Assembly (NCBI GenBank): GCA_963822965.1
Contig: CAWGJT010000005.1
Location: forward strand, 64,001-128,000
From: an uncultured delta proteobacterium
GTDB lineage: Bacteria; Myxococcota_A; UBA9160; UBA4427
DNA length: 64,000 bases
Direction: 5' to 3'
The position numbers and the translations under genes were made by a program. Below are positions 40,103 through 51,636 of the stretch, piece after piece. Position 1 is the stretch's first letter, and every line of letters begins with the position of its first letter. The notes beneath the pieces are model-generated. The model was not told where the DNA came from. It searched no databases and saw nothing but the letters and a program-made list of their open reading frames with translations.

Positions 40103-40915
40103 TCACACGCCGGTGTTGCGCGTGGCGTCCAGCTTGAACATGCGCCGGCCGGCGGCCTGATAGGTGAAGACCATCGCTCGACGAGGCCGAGGCGAGCGGT
40201 TGGGCTCCGATCCGTGCACCGTGTGGGGGCTGAAGAAGACGAGACTCCCGGCCGGAGCCACCACCGGCACCTGGCTCGATGCGTCGAAGCAGGCGGGATC
40301 GGTGAACAGGGGGCCGAGGGTGCTGCCGTCCCGAGTGCCGGGCAGACAGCCCCGGCGGTGGGACCCATGGACCACGCGCAGGCAGCCGTTCTCCTCGTTC
40401 GCGTCGTCGAGGGTGACCATCACATTGGGGAGCCGATCCACGTCGTCGTGGGCGTGCGTCCAGTAGGGCGAGTCCTGATGCCATCGGAACGCCGAGCCCT
40501 CCAGGGGGCGCTTCAGGTTGATCTTGTCGGTCCACAGGGCGACGCCGGCGGTGCCGACGAGCCCGCACATGGGATCGACGATGCGCGGGTCGTCGATCAG
40601 CCGTTCGAAGACCGGGTGGAGGTGGTGGAAGGGCTCGATCACCCGAACGGTGCTCGCGGCCTCGTTGTGCTCGTACTGGATCGTCTCGCCGGCTCCCTCG
40701 ACGTAGCGGTTGCCGTCGATGCGGTAGTCGCGCCCGTTCCGGCTCGCGGCCTCGGCGCGGCGGACGACCGCTTCGCCGGCCTCGCGCATGACCTCGATCT
40801 CGTGCGTCTGGAACGCCGCCTCGCGAACGAAGAATCCGCCCTCCGTCCAGGCGCGCTGCTCGCGGTGGGTGAGTGCGTATCGGCGCTCGCCGACGTCGGC
40901 TGCCGCTTCGGCCAC
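40103..40915 (-). CDS. Phytanoyl-CoA dioxygenase (PhyH) family Fe(II)/2-oxoglutarate enzyme
   Basis: WHQDSPYW (HxD), LDDANEENGCLRVVHGSH, VHGSEPNRSPRPRR. Confidence 0.88.
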   Translation of the reverse strand: MAEAAADVGERRYALTHREQRAWTEGGFFVREAAFQTHEIEVMREAGEAVVRRAEAASRNGRDYRIDGNRYVEGAGETIQYEHNEAASTVRVIEPFHHLHPVFERLIDDPRIVDPMCGLVGTAGVALWTDKINLKRPLEGSAFRWHQDSPYWTHAHDDVDRLPNVMVTLDDANEENGCLRVVHGSHRRGCLPGTRDGSTLGPLFTDPACFDASSQVPVVAPAGSLVFFSPHTVHGSEPNRSPRPRRAMVFTYQAAGRRMFKLDATRNTGV

Positions 40916-40950
40916 GGGGTTCCTCTCGGCTCGGGTTGCTGGCACGAACG

Positions 40951-42759
40951 CTACCGCTTGCGGTGGCTCGCGGACAAGATGCGCTTGCGCAGGCGCAGGC
41001 TCTTGGGCGTCGCTTCGAGCAGCTCGTCGTCGGCCATCCATTCGAGCGCGGCGTCGATGGTGAGCCGGCGCGGCGGCGTCAGGATGGGCGAGTCGTCCTT
41101 GCCCGCGGCCCGGATGTTCGTCAGCTGCTTGGCCCGGCACACGTTGACGTTCATGTCGCCCGGGCGGCGGTTCTCGCCCACCACCTGCCCCTCGTAGACC
41201 TCGTCGCCCGCCCCGATGAAGAGCGTGGCCCGCTCCTGGATCTTCGAGATCGCGTGGGCGGTGGCACGGCTCGTCTCGCTGGCGACGATGCTGCCCACCC
41301 CGCGGCCCTCGATCACGCCCGCGAAGGGCTCGTAGCCCGTGACGCTGCGATAGAGCACCCCCTCGCCGCGCGTATCCGTCAGGAACTCGCTGCGGTAGCC
41401 GAAGAGACCGCGACTCGGCGCCACCCACTCGAAGCGCACGCGCCCGGACTGCTGCTCCATCGAGACCATGCGCCCCCTGCGGGCCGAGAGCTTCTCCATC
41501 ACCGAGCCCGCGCAGCCTTCCGGCGCGTCCACCACCACCTGCTCCACCGGCTCGCAGGAGCGGCCTTCGATCTCGCGCAGGATGATCTCGGGTCGCGAAA
41601 CCGCGAACTCGTAGCCCTCGCGGCGCATGGTCTCGATCAGCACGGAGATCTGGAGCTCGCCCCGGCCCGCCACCGTGAAGGAATCCTGGCGCTTGCCGGA
41701 CTCGACCTCGATCGAGACGTTGGAGAGGGTCTCGCGCTCGAGCCGCTCGGCCAGCTGTCGGCTCGTGACGTACTTCCCCTCGCGACCCGCGAAGGGCGAG
41801 GTGTTCACCTGGAAGTCGACGCGGATCGTCGGCGGGTCGATGGCGATGCGCGGGAGCGGATCGATCGCGCCCGGGTCGCAGATCGTGTCCCCCACCTGCA
41901 CCGAGTCGACGCCCGCGAGGATCACGATGTCTCCGGCGCGGCCCTCCTGCAGCTCGACCCGCTCGATGCCGCGCGTCCCGAAGAGCTTCGAGACCCGGAA
42001 CGATTCCGCCTCGCCGTCCTCCCCCACGCACACCACGCTGCGGCCGCGCACGATCCGGCCGCGCTCGACCCGTCCGATCACGAGGCGCCCCACGTAGTTG
42101 TCCCAACCGAGCGTCACCGCCTGGAACTGCAGGGACGCCTCGACGTCCACGAGCGGCGGCGGCGCGTGCTCGAGGATGGCCTCGAGCACCGGGCGCAGGT
42201 CGGTGAGCGGGCCGCCATGCTCCCGACTGGCCTTGCCCTGCTTGGCCGACGCGTAGACCACCGGGAAGTCGAGCTGCTGGTCGTCGGCGCCGAGCTCGAC
42301 GAGCAGGTCGAAGACCTCGTCGAGCACCTCGACCGCCCGCTCCTCGGGTCGATCGATCTTGTTCACCACCAGGATCGGGCGCAGCCCGTGCTCCAGCGCC
42401 TTGCGCAGCACGAAGCGAGTCTGGGGCATCACTCCCTCGACGGCGTCCACGAGCAGCAGCACGGAATCCACCATGCCGAGCACCCGCTCCACCTCGCCGC
42501 CGAAGTCCGCGTGCCCGGGCGTGTCGACGAGCTGGATGCGCACACCCTCGAACTCGATCGAGGTGCTCTTGGACTGGATCGTGATGCCGCGCTCGCGCTC
42601 GAGATCCCCCGAGTCCATGACCCGATCGGCCACGGCCTGGTTCGCCCGGAAGGCGCCGGTCTGCCTGAGCAGGCCGTCGATGAGCGTGGTCTTGCCGTGA
42701 TCCACGTGCGCGATGATCGCGAGGTTGCGCAGATCCTTGCGATGCGACGGCTCGGACAT
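40951..42759 (-). CDS. typA: Translational GTPase TypA/BipA
   Basis: [67 protein letters not shown]; intact. Confidence 0.97.
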   Translation of the reverse strand: MSEPSHRKDLRNLAIIAHVDHGKTTLIDGLLRQTGAFRANQAVADRVMDSGDLERERGITIQSKSTSIEFEGVRIQLVDTPGHADFGGEVERVLGMVDSVLLLVDAVEGVMPQTRFVLRKALEHGLRPILVVNKIDRPEERAVEVLDEVFDLLVELGADDQQLDFPVVYASAKQGKASREHGGPLTDLRPVLEAILEHAPPPLVDVEASLQFQAVTLGWDNYVGRLVIGRVERGRIVRGRSVVCVGEDGEAESFRVSKLFGTRGIERVELQEGRAGDIVILAGVDSVQVGDTICDPGAIDPLPRIAIDPPTIRVDFQVNTSPFAGREGKYVTSRQLAERLERETLSNVSIEVESGKRQDSFTVAGRGELQISVLIETMRREGYEFAVSRPEIILREIEGRSCEPVEQVVVDAPEGCAGSVMEKLSARRGRMVSMEQQSGRVRFEWVAPSRGLFGYRSEFLTDTRGEGVLYRSVTGYEPFAGVIEGRGVGSIVASETSRATAHAISKIQERATLFIGAGDEVYEGQVVGENRRPGDMNVNVCRAKQLTNIRAAGKDDSPILTPPRRLTIDAALEWMADDELLEATPKSLRLRKRILSASHRKR

Positions 42760-43220
42760 GGTTCGAAGGTCTCTCTGGACGATCGCCCGGCCGTCCGAAC
42801 GGGAACGGTGGCGATTCGCGTGGGCTCGACCGCTCTCCCTGCGGAGTCGTCGAGCAGGCTTGGGAGGGGTTTCCGCGGAGACCTTCGGTCGGGTTTCGAC
42901 CGGGCCTCCCGACCAGGCTGGATCGATCCGACCTGCCGACCGGGTTCCGCTCCCGGCACCGTTCCCGGAGCCCCCGGTCTTCGGCGGCGTCGAGATTAGC
43001 AGATCCGCCGCACAGCGCCGTCGAGCCTCCGTTTTACCGAAGTTTCACATGCCGCCCACTGCCCGACTCCGATGCGGGGCTTACCGTTCGGACACTCGAA
43101 TCCCCCGATCGTCCTCGTCGTGCCGCGGCAGGTCGCATGGACCGCAAGGGTTGCTCGCAAGGAGCCGGAGGCGGCGGCAGGGTCGAGGCGGCGGAATGCA
43201 CGCCGAACGGAGGAGGACGC

Positions 43221-44183
<963 letters not shown>

Positions 44184-44334
44184 CACCGGATCTTCGCGAC
44201 CTTCTCGCTTCGGTCTCCTCGGCGTACGGGAGTACGCCTCCGGTGACCTACGCTCCGAGGGCCCCGAATCTCCGGCACTCTCGACCGCCTCGCGGTCCGT
44301 GACCTCCGGCGCTGGCTCTGGCTCTGGTCTTGGC

Positions 44335-45026
44335 TCAGGCGGGTTCGGCGATGGGGAGGCGGAGGGTGACTCGGGTGGTGTCGGATTCGCGTTGGACGCT
44401 GACGCCGCCGCCCCACGGATCGAGGAGGCTTCCGGCTACCCGGCAGAGGAGGGCTCGGCCGGTGCGTCCGGTCTCCTGGAAGTCCGGGAGCGCGTCGTCG
44501 GCGGCGGCGTCGTCCTCGAGCTGGAAGACGATGCGAGCGCCCGCTTCGGATCGCACCGCCACGCGCACCTGGCCCCGGGGCCGCGCCTCCTCCACCGCGT
44601 AGTAGGCGAAGGAGACGAGCAGGTGGTGCAGCACGTCCTGCCTGGCCGCGACCTCCGGAAGGGCCTCCCCGTCGACGACCTCGATGCCCACGCCGCGACC
44701 GCCGTACTCCTCGAGCGCATCGCGGACGCCCCGCAGCAGCACCCCCGGTTCGACCAGCGAGGTCTGCGCGCCCCCCGAACCCGCGAGCAGGGGACGGATC
44801 AGTGCGAGAAGCGAGCGGATCCGGCTCGCCGAGTCGTCGATCTCGACCGACGCCGAGCGAGCTCTACCGCCGAGGCGTCCCCGTCGATCAGGTGGGCGTT
44901 CAGGCGGATCGCGCCCACCAGGTTTCCCACCTCGTGGCACAGGGCGAAGACCAGCTCTTCGGATGCCCCGCGTGCCTCGGAGTCTTGGGCGCTGCTCGAA
45001 CCGGAGCGGGACCCGGCGTGCTTCAC
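44335..45026 (-). CDS. HisKA-like H-box protein with degenerate ATPase domain (ChpT-like phosphotransfer protein; frameshift near 44855)
   Basis: [18 protein letters not shown]-box; N/G1/G2 boxes degenerate (YYAV, EDDAAA, RTGRAL); ends [19 protein letters not shown] upstream. Confidence 0.62.
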
Positions 45027-45107
45027 GAGGACACCTCCCGACCCGACGAAGGTAGCCCCCACGGCGCGACGCGGTACCGGCCGCAAGCCGGTTATACTCG
45101 CGCTCCC

Positions 45108-45509
45108 ATGGATGACCTGACGCCGGCCCGCCTCGAGCAAATGGCCCGGAAGCTCCACCTGCGGGACTACCGGCGTCACATCCTGCTCTGCGTCGGCGGC
45201 GACTGCGCGGACAGCGAGCAGCAGCAGCGGAGCTGGGCCTTCCTCAAGCGGCGCCTCAAGGAGCTGGGCCTCGTGGACGTCGAGGGCGCCGTCTACCGAT
45301 CGAAGGTGGACTGCCTCCGGGTCTGCATCGGCGGCCCCGTCGCCCTCGTGTATCCGGAGGGGGTCTGGTACCACTCGTGCAACGAGGCGAACCTGGAGCG
45401 CATCATCCAGGAGCATCTCATTGGGGGGCGCCCCGTCGCCGACCTGGCCTTCGTCGAGCGCCCGCTCCCGGAACCGGACACATCCGCCGGACCGGGTGGC
45501 GACGAGTGA
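45108..45509 (+). CDS. Thioredoxin-like [2Fe-2S] ferredoxin
   Basis: [44 protein letters not shown]. Confidence 0.88.
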   Translation: MDDLTPARLEQMARKLHLRDYRRHILLCVGGDCADSEQQQRSWAFLKRRLKELGLVDVEGAVYRSKVDCLRVCIGGPVALVYPEGVWYHSCNEANLERIIQEHLIGGRPVADLAFVERPLPEPDTSAGPGGDE

Positions 45510-46348
45510 GGTCCGCGCGACTCCTCGGGCACCAGCATCACGCGCTGGAGGCGGTCGCGGCCGTCGCCGAAGGGCCGGTCGCCATCACCCTGTGCCGCGG
45601 CGGCGCCCGCAAGACCTACTACCACACCGACCCGAACGAGGACGCGGCCTGCTTCGCGTTCGGCGCCTTCGGCATCCTGGTCGCCGTGGCGGACGGCCAC
45701 CACGGCGCCCGGGGCGCCGAGCTGGCCGTCGAGTGGCTGCTCGCGAACCGCGCTCCCGAATGGACCGGCTCCGGTGCGGCCGGCCGATCCCGACGCCTGG
45801 CAGGAGTCGGCGCGTGAGACGCTGCAGGCCATCCACCGCGAGGTGCTGAGCCAGGGGGAATCGCTTCGGGTGGAGCCGGCCCCCACGACCCTGTCGCTGG
45901 CCCTGGTGCGTCCGGAGGCGGGCCTGCTGCTGCACGCGTCCGTGGGCGACAGCCACGTCTTCCTGGCGAGGCAGAACGACCCGAAGGGCCACGAAGCCCG
46001 CGACCTCGCGTGGTCGACCACGGGCCGCCGACGCTGCGCCTTCCTCGGCGAGCGCTACGAAGGCGAGGGCCTCGGGAGGAGCACTGGGTCGTGGGCTGCG
46101 AGCCCCTCGACGAAGCGCGCGCGGTCCTGCTGGCCACCGACGGATTGTCCGAGGTGCAGATCGGCGTCGAGGACCCCGCCGCCGCCGCCGCCGGGGCCGT
46201 CGAGCACGCCCTGGACAGCAAGCCCTCCCTGCGCGCGCTGGAAGCCTGTCGCAAGCTCACCGAGACGGCGCTGGACGCGCATCGTCGCAACGCCGCAGGC
46301 GACAACATGAGCGCGGCGGTCATCTGGCTGGATTCAGGCGACGAGTGA
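45506..46348 (+). CDS. PP2C-family Ser/Thr protein phosphatase (frameshifted)
   Basis: [41 protein letters not shown]. Confidence 0.85.
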
Positions 46349-47458
46349 CAGCACGTGATCGGCGATGGCCGTCGCCGCGGTGAGCCCTGGCGACTCGATG
46401 CCGATGCAGTTCACGAAGCCGGGCCGCCCCCGCGCCGACTCCTCCGCCAGCACGAAGTCCGCGAAGCCCTCGCCCGGACCGGAGAGCTTGGGACGGATGC
46501 CGGCGTAGTCCGGCGAGAGCATCTCGGCGCGCACCGCCGGCAGGTAGCGCGACACCGACTCCGCGAAAGCCGTCGCCTTGCGGGGGTCGACGTCGTAGCG
46601 GATCTCGTCCACGTACTCGGTGTCGGGACCGAAGCGGATGCGACCCCCGAGATCGAGGGTGGCATGGGTGCCGAGCCCCGCCTGCACCGGCACCGGATAC
46701 ACGAGCCGCCTGAGGGAGACGGGAGCCGACGGCGCCAGCGAGAAGTAGTCGCCCTTGCAGTAGTGCAGGCGGTAGCCGCAGGCGTCGAGATCGAAGCCCG
46801 CCAGCTCGGCGACCCGGCCGGTCTCGAGGCCCGCTGCGTTGACGACCACCGGAGCCGTCACGCCGAAGGGCTCGCCCGCGTCCGCGGGGCCACCCGACGT
46901 CGCCAGCACCCGCCACACGTCGGCCGCGCGCTCGATTCCCTGGACCTCGGTTCGCAGCACCAGGGCGGCGCCGTGCGACTCGGCCTCCGCCAGGAAGGAG
47001 AGCGAGTAGGCGTGGGCGTCGACGATGCCGGTCTCGGGCGAGAGCAGCGCCCCCGCGCTGTGCACGTCGGGCTCGAGACGACGGACCGCGGCGGCGTCCC
47101 GATCCTCCAGCACGACGCCGTTCTCGGCGGCCGTGCGCTGGATCCGCTCGAGGACGGCGAGCTCGCCCCCGTCCGCTGCCACGATCAGCTTGCCGGTACG
47201 CCGGTGGGGCACACCGCGCTCGCGGCAACGCTGGTAGAGCGCGTGACGGCCGGCGACGCACAGCGCGGCCTTGAGGCTGCCGGCCGGGTAGTAGATGCCC
47301 GCGTGGATGACCTCGCTGTTCCGGCTCGTGGTCTCCCGCGCGATGCCGTCGTGGCGTTCGAGGACGACCACGGACCGGCCGGCGCGAGCCGCGGCCGCCG
47401 CCACGGCCAGGCCCACGACCCCCGCCCCGATCACCACCATGTCCGTATCGGCGCTCAC
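46334..47458 (-). CDS. FAD-dependent oxidoreductase, L-2-hydroxyglutarate oxidase (LhgO) family
   Basis: IGAGVVGLA, TTSRNSEVIHAGIYY, GIRPKL, GIESPGLTAA. Confidence 0.88.
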   Translation of the reverse strand: MSADTDMVVIGAGVVGLAVAAAAARAGRSVVVLERHDGIARETTSRNSEVIHAGIYYPAGSLKAALCVAGRHALYQRCRERGVPHRRTGKLIVAADGGELAVLERIQRTAAENGVVLEDRDAAAVRRLEPDVHSAGALLSPETGIVDAHAYSLSFLAEAESHGAALVLRTEVQGIERAADVWRVLATSGGPADAGEPFGVTAPVVVNAAGLETGRVAELAGFDLDACGYRLHYCKGDYFSLAPSAPVSLRRLVYPVPVQAGLGTHATLDLGGRIRFGPDTEYVDEIRYDVDPRKATAFAESVSRYLPAVRAEMLSPDYAGIRPKLSGPGEGFADFVLAEESARGRPGFVNCIGIESPGLTAATAIADHVLSLVA

Positions 47459-47480
47459 GTTCCGGGCGGCCGTGGGCGGC

Positions 47481-48713
47481 TCACGGCGCGCCGGAGCGAC
47501 CCGCTCCCCAGCGCGGAATCACGAGCTGCAGGAAGGCGTCCCGCTGCTCCTGGGGTCCGCGGACCAGCAGGGCCACCGCCGCCACGCCGTAGAAGGCGGT
47601 GAACCACCAGCGCGCCTCGGTGCTCGGGAAGAAGAGCTGCGCGGCGAAGAGCGCCGCCAGCCCCAGGGCCTCCTTCCGGCTGAAGGTCATGTCCGACAGC
47701 ATGATGGCCGCGAGGAGCGACTGGGCGGACGTGAGCAGCAGCTCCTCCACCTGCCGGGCGTCGAGGGGCAGCCCGTGCGGGGCACCCAGGGAGATCCCGT
47801 AGGCGATCGGGATCGCGCCCACCAGCAGGGTCCACTGGTTCACCTTCGAGGAGACGAGGGCGCCCATGCCCATGGAGCCCCGGAGCTTCCAGGCGAACAG
47901 GATCGCCACCACGAACTCCGGCGACTCCGACGCCAGCGGCGCGATCCACTGCACCAGCAGGAACTCGTCGATCAGGTGGTTGCGGCCGATGTGCACGAGG
48001 CTCTCGGCGAAGGGCTCCGCGGACACGTAGATGCTGGCCGCCGCGAAGACGAAGAGCGAGAGCGCCCAGACCCGGCGCCCGCGCGTGCCGAACTGCCCGT
48101 CGATGAGCTGCGCCGGCCCCACCAGCTCGGCGTCGTCCGTCTCGCCCCGGGCAGCGGCGTGCACGTAGGCGACGAAGAGACCGAGGAGCACCACCGCGTC
48201 CAGCAGGTCGATGCTGCCCGAGAGGGGGATGAAGAAGGAGTAGAGCGTGGCCCATACCAGGAAGCGCAGCTCCAGGCGCTGGCGCGGGTGGATCACGAGC
48301 TCGCGGGTCCGCCCCTTGAAGCAGGCCGTGAGCACCACGGCGGCCCAGCCGAAGCCGATGAGCAGCCGGTTGGCTCCGGTCATGTTCGCCACCGCGTAGC
48401 CCGCGTAGGAGGGATCCTGCCCCGCACGCCAGGCGAAGTGCAGATCGATGGCGTACTCGGGCAGCACGCCCACCAGCGCGAGCACCAGCAGCGCCAGGGA
48501 CTGGGGGATGTCGCGCTCGGCCACCTCGCACGCCCAGGAGAGCATGAAGGCGGCGCCCAGGATCGCGGCGCCCGCCAGCAGCGCGATGAGCTCGAAGGGC
48601 AGGCCGAGCCCACCGAGCGCCTGGGCAACCATCCACGGAACGGGGAGCATCACCCCGCACGAGAACCAGACGACGTCGCGGGCACGCGCCCGGGACGGCG
48701 GGTCCGCCCTCAT
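47481..48713 (-). CDS. Sodium/calcium exchanger (CaCA) family antiporter
   Basis: Alpha repeats VLPEYAID...ANMTGANRLL and PLASESPE...LVSSKVNQWTLL; many TM segments. Confidence 0.85.
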   Translation of the reverse strand: MRADPPSRARARDVVWFSCGVMLPVPWMVAQALGGLGLPFELIALLAGAAILGAAFMLSWACEVAERDIPQSLALLVLALVGVLPEYAIDLHFAWRAGQDPSYAGYAVANMTGANRLLIGFGWAAVVLTACFKGRTRELVIHPRQRLELRFLVWATLYSFFIPLSGSIDLLDAVVLLGLFVAYVHAAARGETDDAELVGPAQLIDGQFGTRGRRVWALSLFVFAAASIYVSAEPFAESLVHIGRNHLIDEFLLVQWIAPLASESPEFVVAILFAWKLRGSMGMGALVSSKVNQWTLLVGAIPIAYGISLGAPHGLPLDARQVEELLLTSAQSLLAAIMLSDMTFSRKEALGLAALFAAQLFFPSTEARWWFTAFYGVAAVALLVRGPQEQRDAFLQLVIPRWGAGRSGAP

Positions 48714-49675
48714 GCCAGGGCTCGACCGAACTCGCGCTCGAAGCGGGCCTGCAGCTCGGGCAGGTCGGCCTCGATGCTCTGGGGCCCCGGGCGCGCCACC
48801 TTGAGCGAACCGAGCAGGCTTCCCAGCCGGGCGCCCTGCTCGAGGGGCAGGTCGTGGAGCAGGCCGTAGAGGATGCCCGCCCGATAGGCGTCGCCGCAGC
48901 CCGTCGGATCGACGACGCGCTCCGGCGCGACGGTCGGGATCTCCGCGCGCTCCCCTTCCATGCGCAGCGCGCGCTCGAGGCCGCCCCGCCGCACGCGCGA
49001 GCCCTGCTCGCCGCGCGTGACCACCACGGCGCCGACGCGCGCGGCAATGGCGTCCTCGTCGAGACCCGTCTTCTCGAGGGTCATCGCCCACTCGTAGTCG
49101 TTCACCACATACACGGACGCGCCGTCGAGCAGGTCGACGAGCTCGGGACCGTCGAACATGGGAAGCCCCTGCCCGGGATCGACCACGCACGCGATGCCCC
49201 GCTGCTTCAGGCTGCGCGCGTTCTCCACCATCGCCTGCTTGCCGTTCGGCGCCACGATGCCCACCCGGATCTCCTCGTCCACGGCGTCGATGGACGCCTC
49301 GTGGGCCCGGTCCATGGCCCCCGAATGGAAGGAGGTGATCTGGTTGTTCTCGAGATCCGTCGTGATGAAGCACTGGGCGGTGAAGCAGTCGTCGAGCACG
49401 CGGAGGCGGTCGCGCCGGATGCCGTGACGATCCATCCATTCCGCGTAGGCCGCGAAATCGTGACCGACCGTGCCGAGCAGGATCGGATCGACCCCCAGAC
49501 GGCGCAGGTTGTAGGCGATGTTGGCGCCGGTTCCGCCCCACTGCCGCTTCAGCTCGGGGACCATGAACGCGACGTTCAGGGTGTGGATCTTGTCGGGCAG
49601 GATGTGGTTCTGGAACTTGTCCGGAAAGACCATGATCTGATCGATGGCGATGGAGCCCGTGACGAGAACCGACAT
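48710..49675 (-). CDS. PfkB-family carbohydrate/nucleoside (adenosine) kinase
   Basis: GGTGANIAY, DPGQGL, VNDYE, VVTRGEQG, VDPTGCGDAYRAG. Confidence 0.9.
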   Translation of the reverse strand: MSVLVTGSIAIDQIMVFPDKFQNHILPDKIHTLNVAFMVPELKRQWGGTGANIAYNLRRLGVDPILLGTVGHDFAAYAEWMDRHGIRRDRLRVLDDCFTAQCFITTDLENNQITSFHSGAMDRAHEASIDAVDEEIRVGIVAPNGKQAMVENARSLKQRGIACVVDPGQGLPMFDGPELVDLLDGASVYVVNDYEWAMTLEKTGLDEDAIAARVGAVVVTRGEQGSRVRRGGLERALRMEGERAEIPTVAPERVVDPTGCGDAYRAGILYGLLHDLPLEQGARLGSLLGSLKVARPGPQSIEADLPELQARFEREFGRALA

Positions 49676-49798
49676 CTTCTCCCCTGCGTTTCCGGTGGGT
49701 TGCGAGTCGCGCAGTCTCGCGACCCCGAGGCAGAGCGTCAATGCCGCCGGCGGGCCCTCGGGTGCGGGGGATCGCGCCAGGACGGTAGAGTCGGCCGC

Positions 49799-50455
49799 AT
49801 GGGCGAGAGGAAGGAATCGAAGCGCGACCATCCCCTGCGCGTGGCCGTGCTGCTGTCGGGCAGCGGCACGAGCCTCGAGAACCTGCTCGAGCACATCGAC
49901 GCCGGCCAGGTGGACGCGGAGGTGGTGGTCGTCGTTTCGTCGAAGGAGAAGGCGGCAGGCCTCGAACGGGCACGGCGCCGCGGGATCCCGGCCGTCGCCG
50001 TGCCGCGCAGGCAGCACCCCGACGCGAAGGAGTTCAACGATCGGATCCACGCGGTCCTGGCGCCGTACGACGTGGAGCTCGTGGCGCTGCTCGGCTTCCT
50101 GTCGCTCTTCGAGCTGCGCGGAAGGTACGAGGGCCGAACGATCAACGTGCACCCCGCCCTGATCCCCGCCTTCTGCGGGAAGGGCTTCTACGGTCACCGG
50201 GTGCACGAGGAGGTGCTGGCGTCCGGGGTGAAGCTCACCGGCGCCACGGTGCACCTCTCGGACGACGCCTACGACCGGGGCCCCATCCTGCTGCAGGAGG
50301 CGGTTCCGGTCCTCGAGGACGACACCGTCGAGACCCTCGCCGCGCGGGTGCAGGCGGCGGAGCGGCGCCTCGTGCCCCGGGCCGTCCAGCTCTTCGCGGA
50401 GGGGCGCATCCGCGTCGAGGGCCGCCGGGCGCGCATCCTGCCCGAGGTCGCCTAG
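49799..50455 (+). CDS. purN: Phosphoribosylglycinamide formyltransferase
   Basis: VAVLLSGSGTSL, INVHPALIPAFCGKG, GATVH, DRGPILLQ. Confidence 0.94.
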   Translation: MGERKESKRDHPLRVAVLLSGSGTSLENLLEHIDAGQVDAEVVVVVSSKEKAAGLERARRRGIPAVAVPRRQHPDAKEFNDRIHAVLAPYDVELVALLGFLSLFELRGRYEGRTINVHPALIPAFCGKGFYGHRVHEEVLASGVKLTGATVHLSDDAYDRGPILLQEAVPVLEDDTVETLAARVQAAERRLVPRAVQLFAEGRIRVEGRRARILPEVA

Positions 50456-50668
50456 CCCCAATGCGTCATTCAGTGTGCTTCCTGCGTGCCGCAGACCCTG
50501 CCAGCCCTCTCGGATCGTGCGAGAACGGCGGAGCCAGCCTGAGCGCGACAACCTCATTCCCATGAGGTCCTGGCGTCGGGCTCGGGTCGCGGCACGGACC
50601 GAGCAAGACGCAGCGATTCGGCAGGCATTGGGAGTTGCGCCCTGATCCGCATGACGGATCAGGGCTAG
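50452..50668 (-). mobile_element. CTAG-bounded ~217-bp MITE/REP-like repeat, copy 2 (inverted)
   Basis: Reverse complement starts CTAGCCCTGATCCGTCATGCGGATCAGGGC and ends CGCATTGGGGCTAG; the terminal TAG is the purN stop codon. Confidence 0.8.
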
Positions 50669-50683
50669 ATCGGGCCGCCGCCG

Positions 50684-50713
50684 CTTGACCGATAGCGAAC
50701 AAAAGGCGAAAAT
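50684..50713 (+). promoter_or_regulatory. imuA promoter with putative LexA/SOS direct-repeat operator
   Basis: TTGACC-N17-GAAAAT with GCGAAC-AAAAGG-CGAAA overlapping the spacer and -10; same layout upstream of dnaE2. Confidence 0.7.
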
Positions 50714-50721
50714 CCGCGGCT

Positions 50722-51636
50722 GTGTCCCGTGTACCCCCCGGCGGCGCCGTCCGCGTGCGCCGCGCACCGCATGCGCGTTTGCGAAGAGACCTCGAGGCCC
50801 TGCTGGGCGACCTCGGGCCCCAGCTCACCCGGGGCGGCCAGCTCGGGGTGCTCGATGCGAAGGCCGGGATGGCCGGGGGGGTGGAGGAGCGGGAACGCGC
50901 CCCCCGCCTGCCCGTGGGACAGCCCTCCCTCGACCGTCTGCTGGGGGGCGGCTTTCCGTTGGGTCTGAGCGAGGTGAGCGGGGCCGTCTCCGCCACCTCC
51001 TTCGTCACTTCCTCAGCCACCTCCTCCACCGGATCCTCGGAACGTATGGCCGCTCCCTCCGGATCGTCCGGACGGACCACGCTGGCGCTCTCGCTGGCGG
51101 CGGCCACCACGAGCCGGGGTGAGCTGGCGGCCTGGGTGGACGGCGCCGATGCGTTCGACCCCGCCTCGGCCGAACGGCTCGGGGTGGATCTCGATCGGGT
51201 GCTCTGGGTGCGGGCGCGAAGCTGGCAGGAAGCCTCGCGGGCCACCGAGCGGCTGCTCCGCACCGAGGGCTTCCCGCTCGTGCTGCTCGACTGGACGGCG
51301 TCCCGGGAGATCCCGAAGGACGTCTCCTGGATCCGGCTCTCGCGTCTGGCGACCGCCACGCGCACGACCCTGCTGCTGCTCTCGACCCACCGCCTCGCCG
51401 GTCCCCATGCCGAGCTGGCCCTCGAGATGCAGCCCGCCCGGGCCCGCTTCCACGGGACGCCCGCCCTGCTGGAGTCGCTGGAGACCCGGGTGGTGGTGGT
51501 TCGCAACCGCGCGGCACCGGTGGATCCGAGCGCGTCGTTCGAGATCGCGCTGACGGATCGCGAGCCCTCGCCCGCGCCCCCCGCGCCAGTCTCACCCCCC
51601 CAGCCCATCCCGCCCCCCCATGAGTCGGCCGCCTGA
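50722..51636 (+). CDS. imuA: ImuA/RecA-like translesion accessory protein
   Basis: LDRLLGGGFPLGLSEVSG...SSGRTTLAL, AAWVDGADAFDPASA..GVDLDRVLWVR; overlaps imuB. Confidence 0.8.
   Translation: MSRVPPGGAVRVRRAPHARLRRDLEALLGDLGPQLTRGGQLGVLDAKAGMAGGVEERERAPRLPVGQPSLDRLLGGGFPLGLSEVSGAVSATSFVTSSATSSTGSSERMAAPSGSSGRTTLALSLAAATTSRGELAAWVDGADAFDPASAERLGVDLDRVLWVRARSWQEASRATERLLRTEGFPLVLLDWTASREIPKDVSWIRLSRLATATRTTLLLLSTHRLAGPHAELALEMQPARARFHGTPALLESLETRVVVVRNRAAPVDPSASFEIALTDREPSPAPPAPVSPPQPIPPPHESAA

Noticed and set aside
44310..44340. TCTGGC hexamer repeats as a contingency locus
   Set aside because: Only about three imperfect intergenic copies, too short to support a function.
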